In this document: one piece after another, positions 1-12,513 of the stretch
Position numbering within the stretch: position 1 is the stretch's first letter
Layout of the letters: every line of letters starts with the position of its first letter
From: Epiperipatus broadwayi
Taxonomy: Eukaryota > Animalia > Onychophora
Direction of reading: 5' to 3'
Length of the DNA stretch: 64,000 nucleotides
Assembly (NCBI GenBank): GCA_028023455.1
Contig: JAQFVV010000006.1
Coordinates: forward strand, 17,360,001-17,424,000
The notes under the pieces: model-generated
The model's database searches: none
What the model saw: only the letters and a program-made list of their open reading frames with translations
Told to the model about the DNA's origin: nothing
Program-made: the position numbers and the translations under genes

Positions 1-1574
1 TATATTTGGTTGAATATGGACATGAACAATTTCTTTACTGCAGTATCTTAAATAATATTCAAATTTGCATATGTTTGTTCATCTGTGTAGCAAACTGATT
101 TTTTCCCTCTTTTTTATGACCTAAAGCTGAGTGCACTTTCAGAAGTTCATCGTAATCATAATATATTATGATGGTAACTGTTCAGTATAAGCAGAAGCAG
201 TAAAATGTACAATGAAAATAATATGTTAGTACTTGGTTAAGTAAAGCTCGTTCTTCATACAAATATTCGTTTTCTTTAGCTATTGTACAATCCAAACGTT
301 GCACATCAGAGAGCATGTTCTCAGAGCTATGGGTTTTTATTCTATGGGTCATGTGTGTGCAAGTGTTATGTATAAATTCAAAGTATTATAATGGTATTCT
401 AAGTCACTATAATTAATTAGTGTGTGTTATGAAATAGCAAAATATTTCATTCTATCCTTGCTCTGGTGAACGTATGAAATAATAAATTTGTAAATAAGGA
501 AACAATTTATTAATAAAATAAAACAATAAATCAATGAGTAGATAATGAAGTAAATCATTAGAATCTTCTTAGCAAGATTTTCTTTTTTTTAATACTTTTC
601 AAGTCAGAAATTATAATAAAAGTTCAAATGCTTTATCTCTGGATAACTTTACATGATAACTTCTCATATAAAAAAAAGGGTTATTATACTTTATTGCTAG
701 ATAGCTTTTCTGGATATAATTTCATTTACTTTATTATTATTAGGAATTATGATACAATTCAAGCTATAAATAATTCAAATATTATATTTTTATAGTTCAT
801 TCATGAATAAATGAAAAAAGTCATTTTTGACAAGTTCCAAAATAGTTTTCATTCTTTAGTTTTTTAATAGTTTAATATTCTTTTCATTTATTTGTCCTGA
901 ATATTCATAAGTAAAAAAAAACAATATCAAAGCATTAAAGATTCTGGTTTTAGAATATCTTACTACTGTCTTGAAAATCTTTTTTACTTCCTTTAAATGT
1001 TTTTCTTTCTTTCAATGTCATTACTTAAAGCATTAGTATCCTTATTTTTTTTTCTGGCAATCCATTAGCAGAGTTCCATTTACTTATATCATTTTTTAAC
1101 TAGTTGATAAGAAATATGAATTGGGCATTGCATTAGGGGGAAAAACCCAATGATCTATTTACTTTAAATAAGCTGTTCATCTTCCATACATGCCTAAGTA
1201 CAAAGAGTATTTCCATCATTTTAAATTAAAAAAATATAATTAGAAATTTTTAATTCTAGTATATATATATATACTTGATAGATAATTTATTTTCTTTTTT
1301 TTTCCTACTTCAAACAAGTGGAGAAGAGAGGAAAAAATCTATCTCATTTTAATATTTTCTCAACTTCATGTTTACATATCAAAGCTTTGGTTGTATTTAT
1401 AAATCTTTTGGGGGTCATTTTCATAATGAAATTTAAAATATCTTACTTTGATAAAAAGGAAAATTAACTACATGAATATATCATGTTAATTTTCAAAAGT
1501 GTAATGATGTTATTTTGGCATTGCCAATATAATTATTACAATATGTAATATGACTGTTACATTTGAAATTTTAT

Positions 1575-1764
1575 ACTGGATTCCAAGAGAATGTAAAAGA
1601 CCCAGAAAGAGACCACATGTGAGATGGATGGATGAAATAAGAAAATTGCAGGGATGATGTGGAGAAGAGAAGTTAAAGATAGGAAAAGATGGATTGAACT
1701 TGGAGAGACCTTCATCCTGCAATGGATTGATACTGGTTGATGATGATGATGATGATGATGATGA
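1575..1764 (+). mobile_element. RTE-BovB-like LINE, 3' end fragment with (GAT)9 tail
   Basis: Matches the 3' end of the 36.4-39.1 kb RTE (gtgagatggatggatgaa...ttcatcctgca.tggatt) and ends in gatgatgat repeats. Confidence 0.8.
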
Positions 1765-2874
1765 TAGAAATACTATTACATATTGTTATTTTGCATTGAA
1801 TTTTTAGATAATAAAAAGGCATTGTCATAGTTTGAAGGATTTTTCTTTATAACAATAGCAGTCATTATTAGATTATGTGGTAAGTTTAAATACATTCACA
1901 TTATATTGCTAGCAATATGTAATAGTGATTCCAATTCTCCAAAAATCTTTACATTTATTGGGGGTCAGATTTTGTGGGTTAAAATGGAAAATTGAGAGTT
2001 TAAAACAAATGGGGCTATTTTAAATAGCTTAGGTTTTGCAGTAATGCAATTACACTCTTAGATCAAGATGAGAAAGTAGGATTAATAACGTATGCTAAAA
2101 CAACTTATGTAATGTTCGCTGACTTTTCAAAAAAAAAAAAAAAGGTTAATAATAATGAATTAGAAGAAATTAATATTCACAAATATTTTGGTCAGATTAC
2201 TAATTTATTTGGAAAAGTATTGGATGGGGAAAACTTCATACTAAAGAAAATGTTTCTATGAGCTTGAAGAGGATATTTTGCTAAATATGTTTTACAATGG
2301 GCTATATTGTAGATGTTCCTTAATAGAAGACTAATTCAGAGATAATAAAAGGCTTTCAACTATTCTTATAGAAATATATGTTGGTGTTAGCAAGAAACTA
2401 CCAAAAGCAAATTATGTAGGTGAAAAACGAACTGATACCACTGACATCTTTAAAAGATAAGATAGAATCTGAATTATAGCTAAAGATTGGAAAAAGTGGA
2501 TTGGTCTCAAAGAGATTTAATTTTGCAGGAGAATGATGGTGATGGCACACTTGTATGAATATGAATAAATTCACATTTAGGAATATGCATGTGCAATGTT
2601 ACTTTATTTAATTATAGAAATTAGAGATCGGACTCATTACTATTTAACAACTATTGCTGTTAAATCAATTAGATCATTTCTCATTTGCAAATACATATAG
2701 TAAACAAGGCAACATATTATCATTATTATATATTAAGTATATGCTATCATACTATAACACTGATACAAAGATAAATATATGCTTATTTATTGCTATTATA
2801 AGTCTTGCTTATTTTTCCAATATATATTTATTTACCTTTGATACATTAGTATATGATTTAAAGCGTTAATATTC

Positions 2875-3165
2875 TTTTTGGAGATGTGATGAATTTGAAC
2901 TCTTCCATTAAACCACTCGCAACCTTGTCATTTTCACAGAGTAGCTTTCTTGCAAGCTGTTTCAAGCATTACAACTATTTCCTCTATTGATGTCGTTCCA
3001 ACTTTTCAGTCATCTCAAAAATTGGCAAATAAGTAGCACAACTCCACTTGATAACTTGTCCACAGACTAATGCCGAGAGATTCCTGCAAAAGGCATCTAG
3101 CAGTGGGAATGTGCCAAAGCACACCACCAGAGAACAATTGCAGTTTTTTTTTGGATACCCACTCA
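2875..3165 (-). mobile_element. Mariner-like transposon, 5' end fragment (TIR plus start of transposase HTH)
   Basis: TIR ttttggatacccactca followed by TA at 3166-3167, resembling the TIR at 60018; minus strand reads ...IVVMLETACKKATL*K*QGCEWFNGR, homologous to 60544-60660. Confidence 0.7.
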
Positions 3166-4340
3166 TATACTTTTTATTTATCTAGCAATTAAGTTAAATT
3201 TTTGTGGATCTTATTTTTCAGGAACTTTAATTTTATTACAAATTGAACACAAAACTATTGGAAATTTTATAAAACTAATTATTTAATAAATATAATTTGA
3301 TTATATTTAAAATAACATTTTTAGTATTTTCCCCTCAAATATGCTACAGTTGCTACTTAGTTGACCCAAAAATATTATGTATAAGAGACAGTTAGTTTAT
3401 AAAACTTGGAAAGTTGTCAGACATTGAAACTCATGAATGCCCCAAATAAATAAACTGACTGGTGTTCTGAATAGAAAACGGTGCTCTCTTTGTAAGTCAG
3501 ATGATTGGTGCATATTGTCGAAAACTTGCCAAAATAGCAAGAACATATAAAACAAACTACTAAGGAGATAGTAGTTATTGGATCACATTATTGTAAGGGG
3601 AAAATTTTTTTTTTCAAATTGTCAATTTTATTTTTATAGGTTAATTAATTTGAATTGATAAACTTAATTTTTGGACCTTAAATTTTTGATACCGTATACA
3701 ATTTATCATGCTGAAAACATTAATTGTTATCCTTAAATCAAATTATGATTTTAAATGTTATGATAAATATATATGAGTATAATTCCTCATTCTATCAATT
3801 AGTAATTAATAGCATTATGCAATTCACTGCTTATTTATGATGATTTGCCATATTTTAAAGGTAAATAACCAAAGTTTTTAATGTAGTACAAAGAATATTT
3901 GAGATTCCTGTTGAATTAGTAAAGATTTTGAGGAAAGGAGGTTTGAGAGAATTTGTTATTTATGTTATAACCTGTGACTCGGGAATATACAACTTTTTTT
4001 GGTCTTGAACCTTATTGTAGTCCATAAATGTAAACTAAATGTTACTTTATATATATGCACTCTTCACTTAGTTGGAATAGGGTCAAATAAAATTTTTTTG
4101 CATATTTATTACTAGAAATTATTTTCTATATAATTAAAATGATGAAAGTACTTTAATCTGTTTATCATTTAGTTGTTAATTTTTGGGATGTTATTTTGAT
4201 GCTGCCATTTTTACTTTAGTTCGTCTTTGTTATTTTGTGGTTATCTGTAATATGTAATATTATACATTTTTCATACATATTTTAATCATTAACGCTAGCG
4301 TTGTTTGTAAACTGGTAAGAAATCAGATTCGATGTGATGT

Positions 4341-4425
4341 GATATATTGTAGCTTCTTATCGAAGGCAAGAATCTCTCAGCAATTATGCCCAGAGAAATC
4401 TGCTAGCCACTTTATTTTTATTCAT
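4341..4425 (-). mobile_element. 3'-tail-only retrocopy of the (CATCA)n-tailed LINE family
   Basis: Reverse complement gtggctagcagatttctctgggcataattgctgagagattcttg...gaagctac matches the tails at 27.3, 30.3 and 17.3 kb; flanked by gatgtgatgt at 4331-4340 and 4426-4435. Confidence 0.75.
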
Positions 4426-5219
4426 GATGTGATGTACAACTAGCGCCACTTTCAGTCTTCTGCTGTGTTAATGGTTTTCTGTTTCTATATTAAAAAACGA
4501 GATGCAATCAAAACAAAAAGATTATACATTATCATTAGAAAGATTATTTTCAGTTTATAAAATTTTTGTTTTTTATTTTAAAAATCTAAAAGATTATTCA
4601 TTTCTGTTATATATAACAAAATACATTTTAAAAGTTTAAATTTTTTGAATATTTATTGCGATATTTTTATATGTAAGTATAAATTTATATTATTATTTAC
4701 TCATTAGTATAAGTAGGTTATTTATATAGAAGCTAAGTTTCTAAATACAGCTTCAGCCATATTCACATTAGCCGCTAATATAATGTTATATTTTTGAAAA
4801 AAAAAAAAGTATTTCAAGTGAAAATAAGTTATTAATAATTTAAATTTCTTGATATCTAATAAATATAGTGAAATATGAAAGGTATTAAGAAGAAACATGA
4901 ATCGCATAACTTCAAAATCGCATTAAAATAATCTGCATAAAGCGAGACCCAGGTGTATTTAAATTTATTCAACATGTTTGTGATATATTTATTTTAAACT
5001 AAAAAAGTATACGATTACAATTAGATTTTATTTGAAAATGTTTGTTTTTAAGAAGATAAGTTGTAAAACATAGTTTGCTTCATGGCTGATGCTTTGACAT
5101 ATAAAAAAACAAAAAAAAAAAGTTGTGAAACATAATTACAATGAAATAAATGGAAACTGTTTTACTGGTTAACAACAATTGGTTAAGAAATTTTTAATGA
5201 AATTTTAATAATAATAAAA

Positions 5220-5350
5220 TATAATTTTGAATTTTAAGACATATTTTCATTCTTTTATGATATATCAACTAAAATTTGTTTCCATTTTAAAAATTGAATT
5301 CAAATTAGAAATATTTTATTCAATAATTTTTATGAAGAGGCAAGATTACA
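5220..5350 (-). repeat. Unclassified AT-rich interspersed repeat (further copies near 56420-56530 and 57590-57690)
   Basis: Shared tttgaattca.tttt...aaattttagtt...atgaaa.tatg.c.taaaatt sequence at three loci. Confidence 0.5.
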
Positions 5351-6407
5351 ATCCAATAAAAAAAAGAGCAAACATGATCAAAATTGTCACTAACTTTCAA
5401 ATAAGAAATAGAAGAAGTTGGACCTTAAATAAGCTAAAAACAATATAAAATTGTAGTGTGAAATTTTTAAAAATAGCTTAGGTTTTTGACTATATTAGAA
5501 TAATATTAGAAATATATATACATTTCCTAGCATATAAGTTTAATTTTCCACAAATTGTATTCAATATTAAATATACAATATTTCATTTTTTATGATATAA
5601 TTTAAATTTTAAAAAAATTTTGAAAATTATAAAAAATGTTTATACTAAAAAAAGTATTTTTTTCATTTAAGTATAATGTCAAAAATGCTCAGAAAAACCA
5701 TGTATTGGTATTTGTCATTTTGCTTTCTTATCTTTTAATTATTCCTCCCATCTAGGAATAAAAAGGAAAACTAAAAAACATATAATCATTAAGTGACACT
5801 ATTTAATGTAAATAGAAAAACTTTTGGACTTAGGCCAAGTCAATGCCATTACATTTTATTATGAGATAAACATTACTGGCTTCATAATTTATGTAAATTC
5901 CAGAAAAGAGTTAATTTTACTTTTTATTATAAGATGTATATACAGTGAAGCCATTACTTCAATTATGCACTACCTAAAAAGGTGTAAAGAAATAAAAGCA
6001 TTACAATTCATACTTTTAATGCATTTTATATATCACAAATGATATATCAGCAGCCACGTAGTGCTTTCATTAATACCAATGATTCTTTCATATTGAAAGC
6101 TGTTAAGTAGATTCCATTTGCCAATAGCACAAAATGGACTTTCACCATCAAAGTCTTATCTCAAAACAAGATTCTCTTTTTGATTAATCAAAAAAGATTC
6201 CACTGTTATGAAAAATTGGAATTCTTATGAAATTCAAAGATTCTTTTTCTTCATAGATATTACTGTATTCTCATCAATAGATTCAAGAAAACTCACGGCT
6301 GTTTATGCTTATCTGCTTCATACATGGCATTTAAAAACTGGTGGCCTGTGGAAATGTGATAAACACAAGCAATAAATCCATAATTAGTAATCCAGTAAAT
6401 CTATCTG

Positions 6408-6724
6408 TCATAGGGTTGAAAGGCTCAATTGAAGCCACAGATGATTCTGCCTTCTGACAGGAATCTGTATAGATACCTTTATTATATATTTTGTTAATAG
6501 TTAAGGTGTCGAGAAAAAAATCATTACCCTAAACAATAATGATGTTAACGTCTAAGCACAAAACAAAAATAATACTCTTTTAAAGGATTAAAATATTAAA
6601 ATCATATAAAAATTACCAGTTTAACTACTGACCTTGTGGGATTCATGGAGGATATACAAACCTGGCAGTTTTTTCAATGATGCAACTACATGAATCTTAC
6701 TTAATGAATTCCTGGTTATAGTGT
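6408..6724 (-). CDS. Putative last two coding exons of an unidentified host gene (6724-6633 and 6464-6408)
   Basis: Exon 6724-6633 has acceptor ttttatttaatttcaag and donor gtcagt, with only one open frame (TITRNSLSKIHVVASLKKLPGLYILHESHK). A 168-nt intron then splices in phase to IPVRRQNHLWLQLSLSTL*. The second acceptor is weak and the product is not recognised. Confidence 0.45.
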
Positions 6725-8605
6725 CTTGAAATTAAATAAAATATCTGTTTCTTTTAATATTTCTTATTTGCATTTGTGTTTAGATAGGCTGGTATCATCT
6801 TGATGTCTGTTTTAATATACTGTGTTTGGCATCTTTATTTACTTCTCTTTATATATGTGTGTGTGTGTGTTTTGCTACTACTTGTAAACAAAAATGATTA
6901 ATTGTTGCAAATAGGATGGTTTTGATTGTGTTGCTTTGAAGAATTCTAGCATTCAGTTATGAGTGTGTGAGATATAGGGAGTGGAGATTGTAATGTTTGA
7001 TTTGTTATTTATAATTATTTTAGCAGAAATATAATCTGCTTATTGTGTATGTATGTGTGGTGTTTTTTTTTATTATTATTAATAGCTTGAAGAAAAAAAT
7101 GATATCTTTATCTTCAAAAAGTTGAAATTACATACATGGTTAACTTGTGTTTTACCTTGTCAAATGATAAACCTGAAATAAACAATCTACTGGTTATAAT
7201 TAGTTTTTATTACAGTGTATGATTGTTTATTCACAATTTATTTATAAAATACTGAAGCAAGAAAAAAAAACTTTTATTTATTTTAAGTGTTAAAAGATTG
7301 TAAAGTCAAACTTTAGTGTTTACTTTGACTATTTCAATTTCTATAAACAATAAACAGATGTCTTTGAAATAAATCTGTTAACTGACTGCAAATCACTTCT
7401 GTACTGATTATTAAAGAGGGGGGAAAGGTTGTGCTTTCAGTTGTTATAATGAACTTCTTAATAGTAAATAAAAGATATCAGCAATTATTTTAAAGTCTGT
7501 GGAAAATATTTACTTTCAATCCACTTATTTTCTGCACAGAAAACTTGTAAAAAAATGTCAACCCTTATGATAACTTGATTTGACTTATTAAGGGCTGTTA
7601 AGATAACTGTACTTTATCTTATCTAGAGCTTAAAGCTATACTACAACTTTGTAACAGATTCCTGGTATCAGCATCGTAATATCAATATATATATATATAA
7701 CATTCCTCCTGTTTGTTTCAACAACATAATTTAAATTCTAAACTAATTTGAAATTTTTATGTTTAAATTATCAAACTTCTAATAAATTTAACATGTATAC
7801 ATATTGTTGCTACGTTTTTGCAAGCAAAACTGCCTCCTTAATTGAAAAGGCAGGAAAATTATATTGAAGCTTATGTATATTGTATATTTTAACTACTCGT
7901 GTGTGTGTGTGTGTGTTTGTATGGACTTGCTTATAAATTTTTATAAAAATAGGACCTTAACCTTAAAAGATTTATTATTACCACATTCAAATAAAAAAAT
8001 TCCAAATTTTCCATGCACATTTGTAAATATTTTTTATTGGAATTTTTATTAATTATAAAAAAGTTCACTTTTTCTTTCTATTCCCATAATTTATTCAAAA
8101 GTAGTAAATTAAAAGTTTTTAGAGATTTTTTTTCTACTGACTAATAAATAAAACCAGTCTATCTCAAAAAATAAATAAAATTAGGGGAAAAACAATGCTT
8201 TTTTAGCAGCAACTCTCCAGGTTTATCTATCCTTGCTAAAGATCGAGAAAATGTATTCTAGCTCCAAATTATTATGTTTATAATTCAGTGTGATGTAATA
8301 TCAAATAAATTTAAAGGACTCATAGATATATGCATCTTATTATTATTATTATTATTATTATCATCATCATATATACTACAGGGTAAAGTAGTCTTTTTTA
8401 ATGTTCAATCTATGTTTTACAAAATTATACCATGCATATTATTTTTGGTAGATCTTGTGCGAAAACTGCTAGAGCTATTTGTGAAACTCATAATTTATTA
8501 GATATGCGTCTGTATCAATGTGATTTGTGACATTTATTTTAAGAGATCTCAGATTCAATATTTTTCTTTCTAAATATACAAAAAAACAAACAAACCCAGC
8601 AACCA

Positions 8606-11120
8606 TCTTTTTTTTCTCTTCAACAATACTTTATTGGACAATAAATAGGTTATGTAGGTTTTTTACAGTGGTATAGATTGTACATTGGTTCATGTGTATA
8701 TTACAGTACAATGAATGGGGTTAAGATTACATAGGAATATTTTACCATGCCTGAATAATAATTTTTTATTTTGTTATCGTCAATGTTTTCAATTCTATGC
8801 TTATTTGTGTGTTCATATATAGACACTCGTCTCCTTATCAAACTGTTCCCTCTTGAAGCCTGGCCATTGATTTAGCAAGAACATTATAATTCTGGTGTAT
8901 TGCTATTTTAATCTCTGTTGTTCATTGATAACATCTCAGATGCATCTTCATAGTCCAGGTCAAATTTTTCATTGGAAAAATTAACTGGTTGACAAAGTGA
9001 GTTAATTTGATCGTTATCTATTTCTTCAGTTTTTACTTTTTTTTATTCTTATTTGGGGATCGGCCTGGTTTTCTCTTTTGCTCTACTTCTAGTGGTATAT
9101 TTTGGGATATATCTCTGGTTATTTCCTCCATAATTTGTGTGCTAGTCTTGTTTATTATTCTTGATGTTTGTGGTGTATTAGAGTTTGTTATTTATTTTAC
9201 TATTGTTGAGTAGCTGTGTTTCATTCATTGCTATTTTCCTTTTGTATTATGTTTGTTTATCTAATCTTTGAGTTTCTTTGTCATTAGTTTGGGTCAGATC
9301 TTGCTTTTTTATAATATTGTTTGCCTTCCCTTTTATCCTGCCTTGTCCTGAAGGCTTATTATGCAACAGGTTTGGTGCTTGCTCATCAATTTGTGAGTTT
9401 GTGCTTCTTATTTTATTTTGGGTGTTTGCTTGGTCTGATTCCTGGACCCTCATTTGGTCTTGTGTGTTTGATATATTTATATTATCAGATATTTGGAATT
9501 TTTTTTTGTTTTTTTTTTTTTACTGTTTCTATTTCCAGTTTTTTTTTTGTCTTATTAGTATCTGTATATCTGCTATATTTTTTTGTATTTAGTTGATCTT
9601 TATTGGTATTTCCCCTCTCATTTGTTGTCTGCTTAGCATTATTTTGTTGTCTATATAATAGCTTTGCCTCATCTTTTATAGTAGGTCCCACATTTGTTCC
9701 CTGCTCTGGTTCCTCTTGAGGCATATCGGATGAGGTTAAGTGGCTTTTAGTCTTTTTGTTGTTCATGAAATTTACTACTAGGTGTCATCTATTTCCGCAA
9801 CCCTAGCATTGTTGTCTCAGACCTTTTATTTGAAGAGTAGAATAACTTCCTGATCTATTATCTGGTTAGGGATGTTTTCAGGATTGATGTTGTTTAGCTT
9901 AATTGTAAAGTGAAAGTTGTTAGTGTAACCTGAAATAAGTGTGTCAGTGCAGTAGATCGGTTTAATTTATATTGGTTGACCAAATGGCTGTATTAGCTTT
10001 GTAAAATACTGAATATTATAACCAAAATATGTATTTCTCAGTGTCCCTGTGTGGTAGTTCTGTAGGTTTTTATCTATTATAATGAGGGCATAATTTTGGA
10101 GCGATTTAATTTTTTCCTGGAACTCTGCACATTGCTTTTCATTAAAAAAAAAATCAGTCTCGATATATCTAGAATTTGGGTGGTCTCCGATTACTAATGC
10201 AGTATGTCACATTTGTTTCTCAGTTATTTCTTTTTATAGGAAGTCTTTTGGGAATTTATATAAGGATAAATTCCCATCAGTAACTGCCAAAACTAGAGAT
10301 TTATATGAGAATTTCTTGAATGTTTTGAATAATTTGTTTGGTATAGTGTTATTAAATTTTTGGTTGATTTCTTTCAGATGTTCTTCAGTCCATGTTTGGA
10401 ATTCCTATTCATTATTATTTTGATTGCCTATGCTTATGTCCTCAATGTAATTTTTGTTGGCTCTTCTAAATCTTGTTATATCTTTTTTTTTTGTTAAACG
10501 ATAGATAGTTTTTATAACATTTGCATATGTTTTAGTATTGTTTGTACTGTTTGAATTTGTGCTAATATCTTTTTTGTTATCTAATAGATTTTTTTCTTCT
10601 GATGCTATGTTTGCTTTTGATACTAATTTAGTTTTATATCATAAGCATAAGTTTTTTTTTTACTTTTTTTCTTAGAAAAAGTTCTTTTTGTGTTACTTTT
10701 TTCTTTCTTATTTCCTGGTGAGTTGTGTTCCACTCAAAATGTTACACTTTTTTTTACTTTTTGGTAGCACTGATAAAACATCTACTTTGCCAGTTGAATA
10801 ACAGATCCGCATATAACAGGGACTATCTTTTCTATGAGTATATTCATTAATTACTAGATATTATGTTGGCTCAGAAAAGAAGAAAATTAATAGCAATTGA
10901 ATTTTTTAATAAATTTTGACTAATTATACTGAAATTTTTTTAGCAAGATCTTCAGTTAGAAGCAGTTTAGTTAGTGGTCTCAAACAATTTAATCTGTCTA
11001 TGTAAGAATGTTCTGAAGATATAACATATGGGAGTTATTTGGTTTTTATAAAATATTTACTTCATTGGTTTTGTTATAATACATAAATATCTTATAAGTT
11101 TTTAATTTACTCATTACTTT
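8606..11120 (-). mobile_element. Degraded L1/Tx1-type LINE 3' portion with long 3' extension, AATAAA and A-rich tail
   Basis: Minus strand reads WTEEHLKEINQKFNNTIPNKLFKTFKKFSYKSLV, a frameshifted CxxC...ETTQIL and ANTAIWST, similar to the C-terminus of the 12.7-15.9 kb ORF2; AATAAA about 14 nt before the A-run at 8606-8615; boundaries approximate. Confidence 0.5.
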
Positions 11121-11382
11121 TATGTGAAATATTTTATTCAATTTATTATATTTTAAACTTTTTGCAGTACAGAGTTTTTACATAATTATTATTTTCTGAA
11201 TGCAGAAATTAGTATTATTACAATATTATTGGGTGTAAATTATGCTGTATGATATGTTATTCTGACTTTTATATGTTTCAGTTTATGCACAAGATGGTGT
11301 ATAAATTGATATTTATAAACCTAGGTTCTTCTATAGAGAGAGAAAATATTGTTATTGTATTTTTTTTTTAGTCACTCTAAAT

Positions 11383-11797
11383 CAGTTATTCCCAACCTCT
11401 TTTGGTCATGCTCCACACCTAAAGCATTTCTAAAATCTTGATCCCCCCCCCCCCCCCCTTTGTATCATATAATTCTTTTTATTCAAAAAGTGAAATCCTA
11501 TTCACATAGAGGAAGCCTACAAGACCATTAACAAAAGGATAGTTGAAGTACATGGAATTTCAAACCACTTAGTTTGCTCCAAGTAACAATGGAGAGGTAA
11601 AGAGGAGCAAAGTTTATGTAAACAGAAGATACCTAGAAAAAGATGGCTCAGAAAGAAGGAAATTTTAAAAACATTTTTAGCTTAATTTATGAATAATAAG
11701 ATATAAGAACAGTTAGCAGGCCTTCAAATTCACTGTTAATAACTTATTCTTAATTGTTCCTTTTAAAAAATCGAATTGCCCCTGTTGGGAATCATTA
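11383..11797. mobile_element. hAT-type MITE with 8-bp TSD
   Basis: TIRs cagttattcccaac / gttgggaatcatta; identical CTCTAAAT at 11375-11382 and 11798-11805. Confidence 0.8.
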
Positions 11798-11937
11798 CTC
11801 TAAATACAAGCTTGCAAATGTTATGATGAAATTATATCCAAATTGATTTGTGAAAATGTATATTACTATAAGTTGAAATTAATGAAATTCCACTATTTTT
11901 TTAATACTCTATTAACTTTATTCATTTTCTTATTTTG

Positions 11938-12052
11938 TCTATCCGCACATCCTATACAACCGATACACACAAAACCACATACATGAGGAAAAGATAAATA
12001 ATCTCCAATATGCTTATTTCATGCTGAACTAGCACTCATCAGTTGGTCTAAC
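11938..12052 (-). mobile_element. HHR-bearing repeat, family A copy (degenerate ribozyme)
   Basis: Reverse complement ccaa-CTGATGA-gtgctagttcagcat-GAAA-taagcat-A-ttggagat; body matches 32.8 kb and 62.4 kb. Confidence 0.75.
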
Positions 12053-12338
12053 TTAAAAGAATATATAATATACTTATATTTAAATATTAAATTATTTTTA
12101 TATGTTATTCTATTTCTAATAAAAAATGTTGGAAATATTTTTTAAAGCTATATTCAAGAAATAAATATTTTATACATTTGGTGTAGACATAATCTCTATT
12201 TGTGAAACACTCAAATAATAATTTTAAAAAGTTTTATGGATATATATTTATTTTCGAGTCTGGTGAAATTGTTCTAATGGATTGATACTTTTTTATAATT
12301 TAGTTACAAAAATGTTTTTTGTTTTTTTTTTCTAACAG

Positions 12339-12372
12339 AATTTTTGCAATCAGTCTTATTTTTGAAACTATT
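12339..12372 (+). CDS. Candidate 34-nt exon, unassigned
   Basis: Strong acceptor ttttttttttctaacag and donor gtaagt; open as IFAISLIFETI or FLQSVLFLKL; no confident partner exon. Confidence 0.25.
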
Positions 12373-12513
12373 GTAAGTAGAAGTTGTAGGTGGTCCACTG
12401 ACTTGTACCATCTCAACAAAATTCTAAAGGGTTCTTACTTTCAACAACAAATTTATTTGCATTCTATTTAGGTACATAAACAGCTACAATTGAAATCAAT
12501 TACAACTTATGAG

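Noticed and set aside
1-200. Minus-strand ...YDELLKVHSALGH... resembling an integrase zinc-binding remnant
   Set aside because: Broken frame at the window edge with too few conserved residues
9007-9596. Hydrophobic plus-strand ORFs (9007..9213, 9278..9592, 9321..9596) and ORF 32273..32524
   Set aside because: Artefacts of T-rich antisense LINE sequence and a microsatellite
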